A stretch of 47,772 nt of DNA from Sedimentisphaerales bacterium (GTDB lineage: Bacteria > Planctomycetota > Phycisphaerae > Sedimentisphaerales > Anaerobacaceae), in the NCBI GenBank assembly GCA_049644065.1, contig JBARRE010000118.1:1-47772 (forward strand), read 5' to 3'. The position numbers and the translations under genes are program-made. The notes under the pieces were generated by a model. That model was not told where the DNA came from, ran no database searches, and saw only the letters and a list, made by a program, of their open reading frames with translations. This document shows, piece after piece, positions 1-8,183 of the stretch. Every line of letters starts with the position of its first letter. Within the stretch, counting starts at the first letter, position 1.

Positions 1-4
1 CAGG

Positions 5-394
5 GTGCTCGACAGGATGTTGTTGTACGAACGACGAATCGAGAACAGCCTGCACAAGACGATAAACAGGCTTAAAACGCAACAAATGATTCGGGTAATA
101 CAACAGGCCGATGCCCGCAAGCAGGAATCCGCTCAGGCCTCCCCATCCCTAAGGGATGAGGCTGCCACCCGGTACCAGTCGGCAGGGAAAAAGGGCGATT
201 TGAAAAAACAAAGCCAATTTACAACAGTCCAGGATGGCACAAAGTCTATTGAGAAAGAGGATTACGGCAATAAACCGGTCTGCGGAATCGAAGAAAACAA
301 AGCCAATCAAAGCCAATTTGACGTTCCCGAATTGACAAAAGGAGCGGAAAAAAGAAAAAAATCGCTTGAAGCGGTTAATTCATTAACCGGGTGA
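5..394 (+). CDS. Hypothetical protein, C-terminal part. The reading frame is open to the left window edge. It has a K/Q/E-rich low-complexity tail.
   Basis: The ORF runs from the window edge (frame open at nt 2). It contains three QSQF-type motifs (KKQSQF, NKANQSQF) and no recognisable catalytic motif. A 460-nt AT-rich spacer follows. Confidence 0.3.
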   Translation: MLDRMLLYERRIENSLHKTINRLKTQQMIRVIQQADARKQESAQASPSLRDEAATRYQSAGKKGDLKKQSQFTTVQDGTKSIEKEDYGNKPVCGIEENKANQSQFDVPELTKGAEKRKKSLEAVNSLTG

Positions 395-608
395 AGCGAA
401 AATAATTGCTGATACTACAATAATATCGGGGGAAAAGGCTATTCCTGAAACTGAGAATCTGAAACCGGTTCTTTCTCGTACATGAAAATAAACCGATATG
501 GGAAGATGTGTATCATTATAATAACTGTATTTTAAATATATTATAAGTCTTATGTTGGCATGGCTTTATGGAAGAGTCTGGGTGTTCTCGTGGTTATTTT
601 CAATGTAT

Positions 609-624
609 TGGCACATTGTTTGCT
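609..624 (+). promoter_or_regulatory. Sigma-54 (RpoN) -24/-12 promoter
   Basis: TGGCAC-attgt-TTGCT matches the consensus TGGCAC-N5-TTGCW exactly. It is on the + strand, about 234 nt upstream of the decaheme cytochrome start at 858. Confidence 0.6.
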
Positions 625-634
625 ATTTTACTAA

Positions 635-650
635 TGGTGCTTTGTTTGCG
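635..650 (+). promoter_or_regulatory. Second, weaker sigma-54-like -24/-12 element in tandem
   Basis: TGGTGC-tttgt-TTGCG keeps the invariant GG and the GC at the correct 10-nt spacing plus TTGC, with two mismatches in the -24 box. It starts 26 nt downstream of the start of the first element. Confidence 0.35.
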
Positions 651-857
651 CTTTTTTAAGGGTAGCTTAAGGAAAACAAAACAATAAGTAGTAACATTTT
701 GTTCGGCGTGATTGGCTTGGAAAGGAGGTGGTGCTCCCCGGGATTATGCTGACAAGATTTGGCTTAACATGTTGATATTTCTCATGTTACAGCCAACACA
801 TAATGAGATTTGTGCACAAATTAGTTAGTAGTAAAGAAGAACAATGTAAAGGAGAAA

Positions 858-3131
858 ATGATGCAAAAACGAACAAGCTTAATGGCTGTAGTGTTCGCTC
901 TTGTCGTCCTGTTGGTGAGCACCTCCGGCGTGTTTGCTCAAGTGCAATTAAACCATTTTGATGTTTTAGCCCCACCTGAGTCTTGTGTAACTTGTCATAG
1001 CGAAGCTGGCGCTGAACATCAGGCCGTTTACGATGATTATGCGGATACCAGCGCTTTTGAAGTTACGATTGATAGTGTTGCGAGTGTCGATAACGGGGAT
1101 GGAACCTATGACGTAACTATGACGTTCACCATTATGAAAGATGGCCTGCCGTATATCGATGCGGATGAACTTCCGTCTCTGGATCAAATGAGAGCTTATG
1201 CGGTGGCTTACGACAGCGCGACTGGACAGTTTGATAACGATCATCGATTATCAAATAGAGGCGCAGGAGTAATCGCCTTGGGTGGCGGTCAATACTCTGT
1301 GACTTCTGCAATGGATTTTGCGCCTGAATCTACCAATGCTCAAGTATATATATATATTGGCAAGGACCCACTTGACACTGAGGGTATGACGTTGTACTCA
1401 GACGTATACAACGTGGGTATGGCCTTTGGTGATACGGGTACCTATGAATCCGCTGCCAAGGTAGAGGGTTGTGAAAAATGCCACGGTACGCCTTATATGA
1501 AGCATGGCTACAGGGCAGCTGCGGTTCCTGGCCTGTCTGATTTTGCCGCTTGTAAGGTTTGCCATTACGATACGCGTAACGGCGGCCATGAAGACTGGCA
1601 GATCTTAGTTGATAATCCTGCACGGTATGCTGAGATACATGCAGGTGCTGAATTGACGGCTGAGGAAGAAGCCCAGTACGCATATACAGCCAATGTCATG
1701 AATGACGTGCATATGTCGCATGCCATGGAATTCCCCTATCCTCAGTCTATGTCAACCTGCGCGACATGCCACGAAGGCAAACTTGATCTCATATTGACGG
1801 ATGCCAACTTCAAAGTGGAGACCTGCAAGAGCTGTCACCCTGTGAATGGACCAGAGGATGGAACCGGAGCCAACAGGGCACCGGCGCTGGCAACCCTACC
1901 GCCTCATGGCCTCGACGTTGGCAAGTGCAGTAACTGCCATTCCAGCGGCAGTATTGCTCAACCATTCAGTGAAATTCACACCGGTTATGACAAGGTAATC
2001 TATGCTGATGCTGCTGGAACCAGGTATTCTGAAATCTTTACCGTCTCCATTGATGCAGCATCTCTAACTGATAACGTGCTTACAATCGAATTCAGCGCGG
2101 TTGGGGATCCAAACCTTGCAGGGTTAGCTGTAAGGGATATTGTACCAACCGTTCTGGTCGGATTGTATGGCTATGACACCAAGGATTACCTCGCTGGTCC
2201 GCACCGCCGTACAATAGACGGCGATAGAGATTTGGAATCTCCCGTTGGTCTTCCAGATGCAGGTCATCCGCGTATAACGACCATATCGGCACCAGGCAGC
2301 GGCGGTGGAACCGGAGGCGGCGGCGGAACCGGAGGCAGCGGCAGTTGGGTAGTTACGGCAGACTTGTCAACCTGGGCTGACAAGATCGCTGATGGCACAG
2401 TTAAGAGAGCAGAAATTGCTGTCGAGCCGGCTTTGGACAATGCTGATGGTGATGAGGTTGCAATCAATGCTGTTTCCAGAACCTTTGACCTCGGTGCCAA
2501 TGCTTTTGATGATGACTTCTACAGTGATATCGTAGATGTTGAGAATGGATGTAACACCTGCCATGATGCGCTTGCAACAACCTTCCATTCGCCGAAGAGA
2601 GGTGGAAGTATCGCTGTCTGCAGGATGTGTCACATGTCGCTTGATGATGGTTCTCATATAGAAATGCAGTCAAGGGCGATCGAGAGCTATGTCCATGCTA
2701 TCCACTCGTTCCAGGCTTTTGATATTGGCGATGTCAATTTTGCCGATCCGGTAGAAGCGGTACATTATGATCTCCATGTCGAGCATGTATACCCCAATTT
2801 CACAATTAAAAATTGTGTATCCTGCCACAATGAAGGTACCTATGAAGTGCCGGATCAGTCCAAGTCGTTAACTGGCCGACTTTCGAAGGCTGATGAAGTT
2901 GCGACCTGGGACAGAAACATCGGTGCTGTACCGAGCTATGTCACCGGTCCTGCTTCAAGAGCCTGTGGTGCATGTCACAGAGCTAACTTGATCAAGGAAG
3001 ATGATGCTGGTAGGCTTGCAGCATTTAACCAGCATACGAAAGATGGTGGTTATCTTATCGCAGTCGAGGAAGAGGAAGCCGAGGGCGTTCTCGCGACAGT
3101 AATTGAGACAATCATGTCAATTTTTAAGTAA
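858..3131 (+). CDS. Secreted decaheme c-type cytochrome with two beta-rich non-heme domains (OmcA/MtrC-like layout)
   Basis: An AAGGAG RBS lies at 849-854. The N-terminal signal peptide ends ...GVFAQ. There are 10 CxxCH motifs: CVTCH, CEKCH, CKVCH, CATCH, CKSCH, CSNCH, CNTCH, CRMCH, CVSCH and CGACH. They are arranged 1+5+4 and separated by beta-strand-like segments. A Gly-rich linker is present. Confidence 0.9.
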   Translation: MMQKRTSLMAVVFALVVLLVSTSGVFAQVQLNHFDVLAPPESCVTCHSEAGAEHQAVYDDYADTSAFEVTIDSVASVDNGDGTYDVTMTFTIMKDGLPYIDADELPSLDQMRAYAVAYDSATGQFDNDHRLSNRGAGVIALGGGQYSVTSAMDFAPESTNAQVYIYIGKDPLDTEGMTLYSDVYNVGMAFGDTGTYESAAKVEGCEKCHGTPYMKHGYRAAAVPGLSDFAACKVCHYDTRNGGHEDWQILVDNPARYAEIHAGAELTAEEEAQYAYTANVMNDVHMSHAMEFPYPQSMSTCATCHEGKLDLILTDANFKVETCKSCHPVNGPEDGTGANRAPALATLPPHGLDVGKCSNCHSSGSIAQPFSEIHTGYDKVIYADAAGTRYSEIFTVSIDAASLTDNVLTIEFSAVGDPNLAGLAVRDIVPTVLVGLYGYDTKDYLAGPHRRTIDGDRDLESPVGLPDAGHPRITTISAPGSGGGTGGGGGTGGSGSWVVTADLSTWADKIADGTVKRAEIAVEPALDNADGDEVAINAVSRTFDLGANAFDDDFYSDIVDVENGCNTCHDALATTFHSPKRGGSIAVCRMCHMSLDDGSHIEMQSRAIESYVHAIHSFQAFDIGDVNFADPVEAVHYDLHVEHVYPNFTIKNCVSCHNEGTYEVPDQSKSLTGRLSKADEVATWDRNIGAVPSYVTGPASRACGACHRANLIKEDDAGRLAAFNQHTKDGGYLIAVEEEEAEGVLATVIETIMSIFK
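2301..2336 (+). repeat. 2 x 18-nt in-frame tandem repeat encoding a GGGTGG GGGTGG linker
   Basis: ggcggtggaaccggaggc is followed by ggcggcggaaccggaggc (1 mismatch). The repeat lies inside the decaheme CDS, within the peptide GSGGGTGGGGGTGGSGS. Confidence 0.9.
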
Positions 3132-3141
3132 GGGAGAATGC

Positions 3142-3163
3142 GAGGTGGGCTTCGGCCCACCTC
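3142..3163. terminator. GC-rich hairpin immediately after the decaheme stop codon
   Basis: gaggtgggc-ttcg-gcccacctc forms a perfect 9-bp stem with a tetraloop. No U-tract follows on either strand. Confidence 0.4.
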
Positions 3164-3215
3164 AGTCGAAGCGCTGCAGTAAGCTGCTTAGCATTGAAAA
3201 CTTAGATAAGTAGTC

Positions 3216-3253
3216 AAACTGGGACTGCCCCAAAGGTGGTCCCAGTTTTTCTT
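3216..3253. terminator. Intrinsic terminator between convergent cytochrome genes
   Basis: aaactgggac ... gtcccagttt forms a 10-bp stem with a 13-nt loop, followed by a T-run (ttttt) on the + strand. It lies between the 3' ends of the 858..3131 (+) and 3354..5003 (-) genes. Confidence 0.55.
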
Positions 3254-3353
3254 GGAAAAAACCGAGTACAGTGGGGCTAACGATCCTCACAAAATTCGTA
3301 AAGGCAGAGCAGACTTCGACGGTGATACTAAGGAAGGCAAAATTTGCGCTTCG

Positions 3354-5003
3354 TCAATACTCTTGCGGAGAATGCGTTTTGCTATGACACTCGAGATAAC
3401 ATCGGCCGTGAAATACTCCGGTGTCCTCGAATTCCAACCGTCCGGTCGCAGGATCCTGGCGCACAATGGTTGTGTCGAAATTTATCAAGTGACTGTTGTT
3501 CGAGCGTGTGCCCTGGACGGCACTTATGCCGTGAGCATCGTGACATGCCGAGCAGGGAATTTGCTTCTGCAGGTGTTCGGTATGCTTAGTAAAGCTTTCA
3601 TTGTTTAGAATGCTGTTTCGGCTGTGACATGTATAGCAAAGCTGATACGAATAATTGCTCTCTTGTGTATAATCGGATGTCTCGTACCGATAGGCGAGAA
3701 GATTCGGATAATTGGAGCCGTGGGGGCCTTTAGCGCCTGAAGCACTGTCTGAATTGTGGCAATCCGTGCAGTATATCATGGTCGCCACTGTCATTGGTGG
3801 TTTTAAGCTGGGAACGTTGCGGTTCACGCCGGGCGCCACAACAGGATGAAATGAGAAGGCGGATGGGTCGAATTCCAGACGGGTATTCGTTTGGGTTATT
3901 TGTCTGGTTATCGTAGATTGAGGTCTGTTCGGATTATCCGCGTGACATTTGAAGCAGACTTCATATTCGTACTGAGCTCTTTCGGTGCTGCCCCCGGAGG
4001 CTGTCACGCCGGAGACTCCGACCATCTGGCTATGCACGACAGGGGCCTTTGCAAGCGTATTTTGCACGGCATGCGGATTGTGACAATCGACACACTCGAC
4101 GTGTCTGATTGATGCCGACGGCGATTCTTTCAGATCGTGAATGCCCTCGTATCGACCTACATCGTGCCTGCTGAACTTTGACATCTCGGATTTCAAATTG
4201 GTCTTCGCTACTGAGCCATCGTGGCAGTTCAGGCAGTTGTCCTCTAATCTTATGAAATGAAGCAGCCGTTCATGTCCGCCGGCGGAATGTGGTCTGTGAC
4301 AACTTACACAACTGTTCTCTGCAACTGTGTCATACTCATTGCTTTGTAGATATGAATCATTTGCGACAGAAGCCAAAGCCGTTGAATTCGCGTGCGATGA
4401 AAGTCTCCATCCGGATAAATCATGACACGCCATACACATTCTTGAGAGGCGATTGGGCATTACCAGGAAGTTGCCGTACCGGTTATCATGCGGGTCATGA
4501 CAAGTCGTGCATTGTAGTTCGCTTAATCTGTCAAGCTTAAGCTGCTCCGGCAATGTCGAAGGCGGGCGTATCTGCACGTCTTCCGTTGACAGGGCCGTAG
4601 AGTAAACAAAACTGATTGGGTGGTCGTCCGAGAGATCGGTGCCGATGTTTGCTGCGCCAGGAGTTATATAAGCGCCGCCGGAAAAGCCGCCCCGTATCGA
4701 TTCGGTCAGGGCTACGGTCCCATCATGACAACTGAGACATAGTTTGCTCGAACCGGTAGGTTGGCCAACATTGGCTTCCAGCGAGGAGCTTTGGTAGATG
4801 TTGTAAACAGCCGAGGAAAGCTCGTGACTCCAGAGCGGAGTTCCTGCTAAAGCTCCGTGTGGAGTATGGCAGAAGCTACAGGCACTTCTCCCGGCGACGG
4901 CGGACAAGTCGTGCGGCGAACCCTCAATCTGAGCTAAGGTCGCTGGATTTGCAAATGCGAAAACCAAGAGCAGCACTATTAATTTAGTCAATCTGAGTTT
5001 CAT
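3354..5003 (-). CDS. Secreted multiheme c-type cytochrome (11 CxxCH + 1 CX3CH)
   Basis: It has a signal peptide (...NPATLAQ). The CxxCH motifs are CSFCH, CLSCH, CTTCH, CMACH, CVSCH, CLNCH, CVDCH, CFKCH, CTDCH, CYTCH and CSACH, plus CYLECH. Several are CxxCHxPH-type paired motifs. The N-terminal ~190 aa is paralogous to the tetraheme at 11431..12009. Confidence 0.9.
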   Translation of the reverse strand: MKLRLTKLIVLLLVFAFANPATLAQIEGSPHDLSAVAGRSACSFCHTPHGALAGTPLWSHELSSAVYNIYQSSSLEANVGQPTGSSKLCLSCHDGTVALTESIRGGFSGGAYITPGAANIGTDLSDDHPISFVYSTALSTEDVQIRPPSTLPEQLKLDRLSELQCTTCHDPHDNRYGNFLVMPNRLSRMCMACHDLSGWRLSSHANSTALASVANDSYLQSNEYDTVAENSCVSCHRPHSAGGHERLLHFIRLEDNCLNCHDGSVAKTNLKSEMSKFSRHDVGRYEGIHDLKESPSASIRHVECVDCHNPHAVQNTLAKAPVVHSQMVGVSGVTASGGSTERAQYEYEVCFKCHADNPNRPQSTITRQITQTNTRLEFDPSAFSFHPVVAPGVNRNVPSLKPPMTVATMIYCTDCHNSDSASGAKGPHGSNYPNLLAYRYETSDYTQESNYSYQLCYTCHSRNSILNNESFTKHTEHLQKQIPCSACHDAHGISAVQGTRSNNSHLINFDTTIVRQDPATGRLEFEDTGVFHGRCYLECHSKTHSPQEY

Positions 5004-5011
5004 TTGTCACA

Positions 5012-6070
5012 TCACTCCACGAGTTCAAACACCTGGATTCGTTTATTGAATGAGTCGGCAACGTAAATTCTGTTTCGATTATCGATGAAGATGCCTGCCG
5101 GCAACCAGAACTGCCCGGCCTGTGTTCCTTCCTGCCCGAAGGCCAAAAGTATCCGGCCCTGCTGGTCGAATACCTGCACATTTTCAAACTGTCTGTCTGT
5201 AACATAGATGTTGCCGAAACCATCCGTGGCAACGCCGCACGGATGGGCAAAGTTACCCGGCCGGTCTCCCTGCTGGCCGAACATTTGGAGGAACCTGTGT
5301 TCACGTGAAAATACCTGAATCCTGTAATTTAATGTGTCACTGACATACAATCTGCCGCTTTTATCCACCCACAAGTGTGTTGGAAAGTTGAACCTTCCGG
5401 ACCCCATACCTCTGGATCCGATTTGTTCGATGAACTTACCGCCTCTTGTAAATACCTCGATAGTATGGCCGACCGTATCTGCCACATACACTATCTCATC
5501 TTCCTGCGAATAGGCAATGCCGGACGGCCTTGTGAAGTGTTCACGTCCAAAAGAGAATATGAATTTTCCCTTTTTGTCAAAAACACACACTTTACGAAGT
5601 ATGCTATCGACAACATAGATCCTATTGCCTACTATTGTCAAACCGACCGGCTTGAGCAGTTTCTCCTGGCCAGCCAAGTCGGCGAATTGTTTATATGTGC
5701 GTTTGTTCAGATCGAAGACATGCACTGCCGCACCTGCGCTATCAGTAACAAACAATCTATCGCTCTGGTCAATAGCGACGGCGGAAGGGGCAACAAGAAC
5801 ACCGATTTTACTTTTGCCAAAGAGCAACTCACCCAAGCCCTGTGTCCACGATACTTTTGCTTTCAAGTCGGCTTCTGTCGATATCACTCCAAGATAAATT
5901 ATACGAGGCTTCTCCGGGGGGGCAGGCCAGGCAAGCTGTACATCAGGCCGTAAGGATAACTCGTCACGGTTACTACCACATCCATGGCAGAATGACAACA
6001 GTACAAGCGACCAAACGTATAATAACATAAAGACGAGATATTCTTTAGAGTATCTTTTTTTTGCTGCCAT
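5012..6070 (-). CDS. NHL-repeat six-bladed beta-propeller protein, exported (possible lipoprotein)
   Basis: It has six hYVxDxxNxRIQVF-type repeats, for example RIYVADSFNKRIQVFE, NIYVTDRQFENVQVFD and RLYVSDTLNYRIQVFS. The N terminus is hydrophobic with Cys residues (LLSFCHGCGS). It ends 8 nt before the next gene. Confidence 0.85.
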   Translation of the reverse strand: MAAKKRYSKEYLVFMLLYVWSLVLLSFCHGCGSNRDELSLRPDVQLAWPAPPEKPRIIYLGVISTEADLKAKVSWTQGLGELLFGKSKIGVLVAPSAVAIDQSDRLFVTDSAGAAVHVFDLNKRTYKQFADLAGQEKLLKPVGLTIVGNRIYVVDSILRKVCVFDKKGKFIFSFGREHFTRPSGIAYSQEDEIVYVADTVGHTIEVFTRGGKFIEQIGSRGMGSGRFNFPTHLWVDKSGRLYVSDTLNYRIQVFSREHRFLQMFGQQGDRPGNFAHPCGVATDGFGNIYVTDRQFENVQVFDQQGRILLAFGQEGTQAGQFWLPAGIFIDNRNRIYVADSFNKRIQVFELVE

Positions 6071-6090
6071 TTAACATTCCCTTGTACTGA

Positions 6091-8169
6091 TTAGAAAAAG
6101 CGTTTTAGCTGAAAATATAGAAGACTGCTATCGATTTCATCGTTTCTGCGATCGAGTACGTTAAACTCGACGCCTACGAGTATACTCAGTTGACGAAAAT
6201 TATACTTTAATTCAGAGCTAATTTGAAATCCTCTTGTTATGCCGAACCTTGTGTCGTCTTCATCCCGATAGTCGGCACGGGCTGAAATACTGTACTCGTT
6301 AGTCAATCTACTGATAAACTCAGCACCACTTTTAAAGAGTACAACATCCCGCTCATCCGGTTCACTAAAATCAAGCCAGTGATTTATGACTCTCATACTA
6401 ACGCTTGTATTGCTGTTTACAGGCCAACTGTATCTGCCTTGTATTTTCTTGCTCGTTGAGGGAATCTGAGTCGAGTCCTCTTTGCTGTACTCGGCCTGTA
6501 AGAAGAGGCCTTTATAAAGATAATCTGTGCCTACTGTATTGACTGTGTACTCATCGGGAGTAATTTCCATGATCTTCGCGCTGACATCTTCCTCTTGCCG
6601 TCGATGGGCATAATACAAAGACATACCATTTTTAAACCGCTCCCTGATGGTAAAGTTCTGACGAAGTGTATCTTCCTGCCTGTCCGGCTCGATGAGGACT
6701 GTATAATCTACTAAAATTTCCTGATCATTGCTAATGTTGGGAAGTGTGGTTCCCGGAATTATAATTTCTAACTGCACCTGTCTGTTGATTTCTTCGATGG
6801 TGTAATCGTCACCCAGGGTATATGTGTATAATCCGGTGCTGTCTGTCACCACAATGCTCGATATGTTAATGTTTGTTCTGTTCAAGGTTACAGGTAGCGG
6901 ATCATTAACAGTATGTGATTCGTCCGTCACGATTCCTCCACTGGTGCCTGATTGTTTGTTCAAACTTGCCGTATATGTGCTTAGCAATATCCCCCAGGGA
7001 TTCTTTTTTTGGTAATTAAAAGCAAGAATACCGCCATATTGCTCAAAATCTCCTTGGATGTCAAAGTAGGTTTTTGGCGGGATGTAGTCTTTTGATGTAA
7101 AGTCAGTTCTTGACGCAAAAATGTTTGCTGTTGTAACAAGGCTTTCATATAACCTGTGCTCGAAGCCGGCTTGGCCGCGAACCTCTTTATTCCTGTCTGC
7201 ATCTCGTTTGGAGTCTGTGAGCCGCAGTTCATAATTGGTCAGGAAATCGTCGAAGTGCTGCAGTCTTAAGCGTTCATCCAACTGAATATTTTCGAAGTCA
7301 AATGAGCCGGATTGATCGACATAGTTAAAAAATGAATCGAGCCTGTGTTGTTCGTCGCCGCCGAATATCAAATCGTGCAACATTGTGTACCGATCAGTAT
7401 CTGTTTCTATTGATGCACCCACGCTTCGTTGCGAGACCAACGTTCTGTCGATGTCAATACTCAGGTGCGATAATTCACCAAAATCATGATTGACAGAATA
7501 TCTGAATCGCTCATCATCTCTTTCGAAAAAGTCTCTTTCGAGGGACGATAGTCCATCCTGGGCGGTTTCGCTGGCAGTGTACTGGAATATCATCGGCCAA
7601 TCCCTGGACCTCAGCGAAAGCGACGCTCCCCTGTTATGTCTTTCAGTTCTCAAAGACCCCAAAAACTGCCGGGGGATCAGTTCCTCCGACTTGCTCGCAT
7701 AAAAGGTCGTTGGATATGATTTTCCTCTCAAGAATTGAGTAAATATGCTGTAATCATTAAGTGATTCACCGTGCCTGTCGGACTCTTCATCCGAGTTTAT
7801 GCTTTGCTGGGCAAGGCCAAAACCAAGAATGGCGTTGTAAAACAGAAGGTCCGGATGATATATGTCGCCTTCAGTTTTGAGCCTTACTCTTTCCTCAAAT
7901 ACTGTCGTTTCGCTCTTGCGTTTATTTTCACTTGTTCCCTGTTCGTCGGTACGATTCTCAGCGACAAATTCCAGCTCACCACGAATTCCTTCGTGTCTTA
8001 TAAAAGGTTTTTGTTTGCCGCCAACATTGACATTGCAGCCGGCAAGAGCAACCGCACTTAAGGTGCAAAATGCAAAAGCCCAGCGGATTCTTCCGGCAAG
8101 TATCCGCTTGTTAGATTCGAGTATTGTCTCATTATACGGCTGCTTCTGCAATGTTCTCGGTTCCTTCAC
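6091..8169 (-). CDS. Putative outer-membrane beta-barrel protein (692 aa) with a lipobox-type signal
   Basis: The N terminus has ...LSAVALAGC (L-A-G-C lipobox). The sequence shows amphipathic alternating strands throughout. The C terminus is ...LLYFQLKRFF, an aromatic-terminal beta-signal typical of OMPs. I recognise no known enzymatic motif. Confidence 0.6.
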   Translation of the reverse strand: MKEPRTLQKQPYNETILESNKRILAGRIRWAFAFCTLSAVALAGCNVNVGGKQKPFIRHEGIRGELEFVAENRTDEQGTSENKRKSETTVFEERVRLKTEGDIYHPDLLFYNAILGFGLAQQSINSDEESDRHGESLNDYSIFTQFLRGKSYPTTFYASKSEELIPRQFLGSLRTERHNRGASLSLRSRDWPMIFQYTASETAQDGLSSLERDFFERDDERFRYSVNHDFGELSHLSIDIDRTLVSQRSVGASIETDTDRYTMLHDLIFGGDEQHRLDSFFNYVDQSGSFDFENIQLDERLRLQHFDDFLTNYELRLTDSKRDADRNKEVRGQAGFEHRLYESLVTTANIFASRTDFTSKDYIPPKTYFDIQGDFEQYGGILAFNYQKKNPWGILLSTYTASLNKQSGTSGGIVTDESHTVNDPLPVTLNRTNINISSIVVTDSTGLYTYTLGDDYTIEEINRQVQLEIIIPGTTLPNISNDQEILVDYTVLIEPDRQEDTLRQNFTIRERFKNGMSLYYAHRRQEEDVSAKIMEITPDEYTVNTVGTDYLYKGLFLQAEYSKEDSTQIPSTSKKIQGRYSWPVNSNTSVSMRVINHWLDFSEPDERDVVLFKSGAEFISRLTNEYSISARADYRDEDDTRFGITRGFQISSELKYNFRQLSILVGVEFNVLDRRNDEIDSSLLYFQLKRFF

Positions 8170-8183
8170 TCAAATTGCTTTGG

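Noticed and set aside
5-394. Possibility that the first ORF is a transposase or mobile-element remnant
   Set aside because: No DDE, HTH or recombinase motif is present, and no terminal inverted repeats are visible. Only a low-complexity K/Q-rich tail is seen, so I left it as hypothetical.
731-775. A possible 14-codon leader ORF after a strong AGGAGG in the decaheme 5' UTR
   Set aside because: The spacing from the SD-like sequence is wrong for both candidate starts: 2 nt to the GTG and 17 nt to the ATG. The peptide has no recognisable features.
2264-2500. A minus-strand ORF with a proline-rich stretch (PPVPPPPPVPPPLPG)
   Set aside because: It is simply the reverse complement of the Gly/Thr tandem repeat inside the decaheme CDS.
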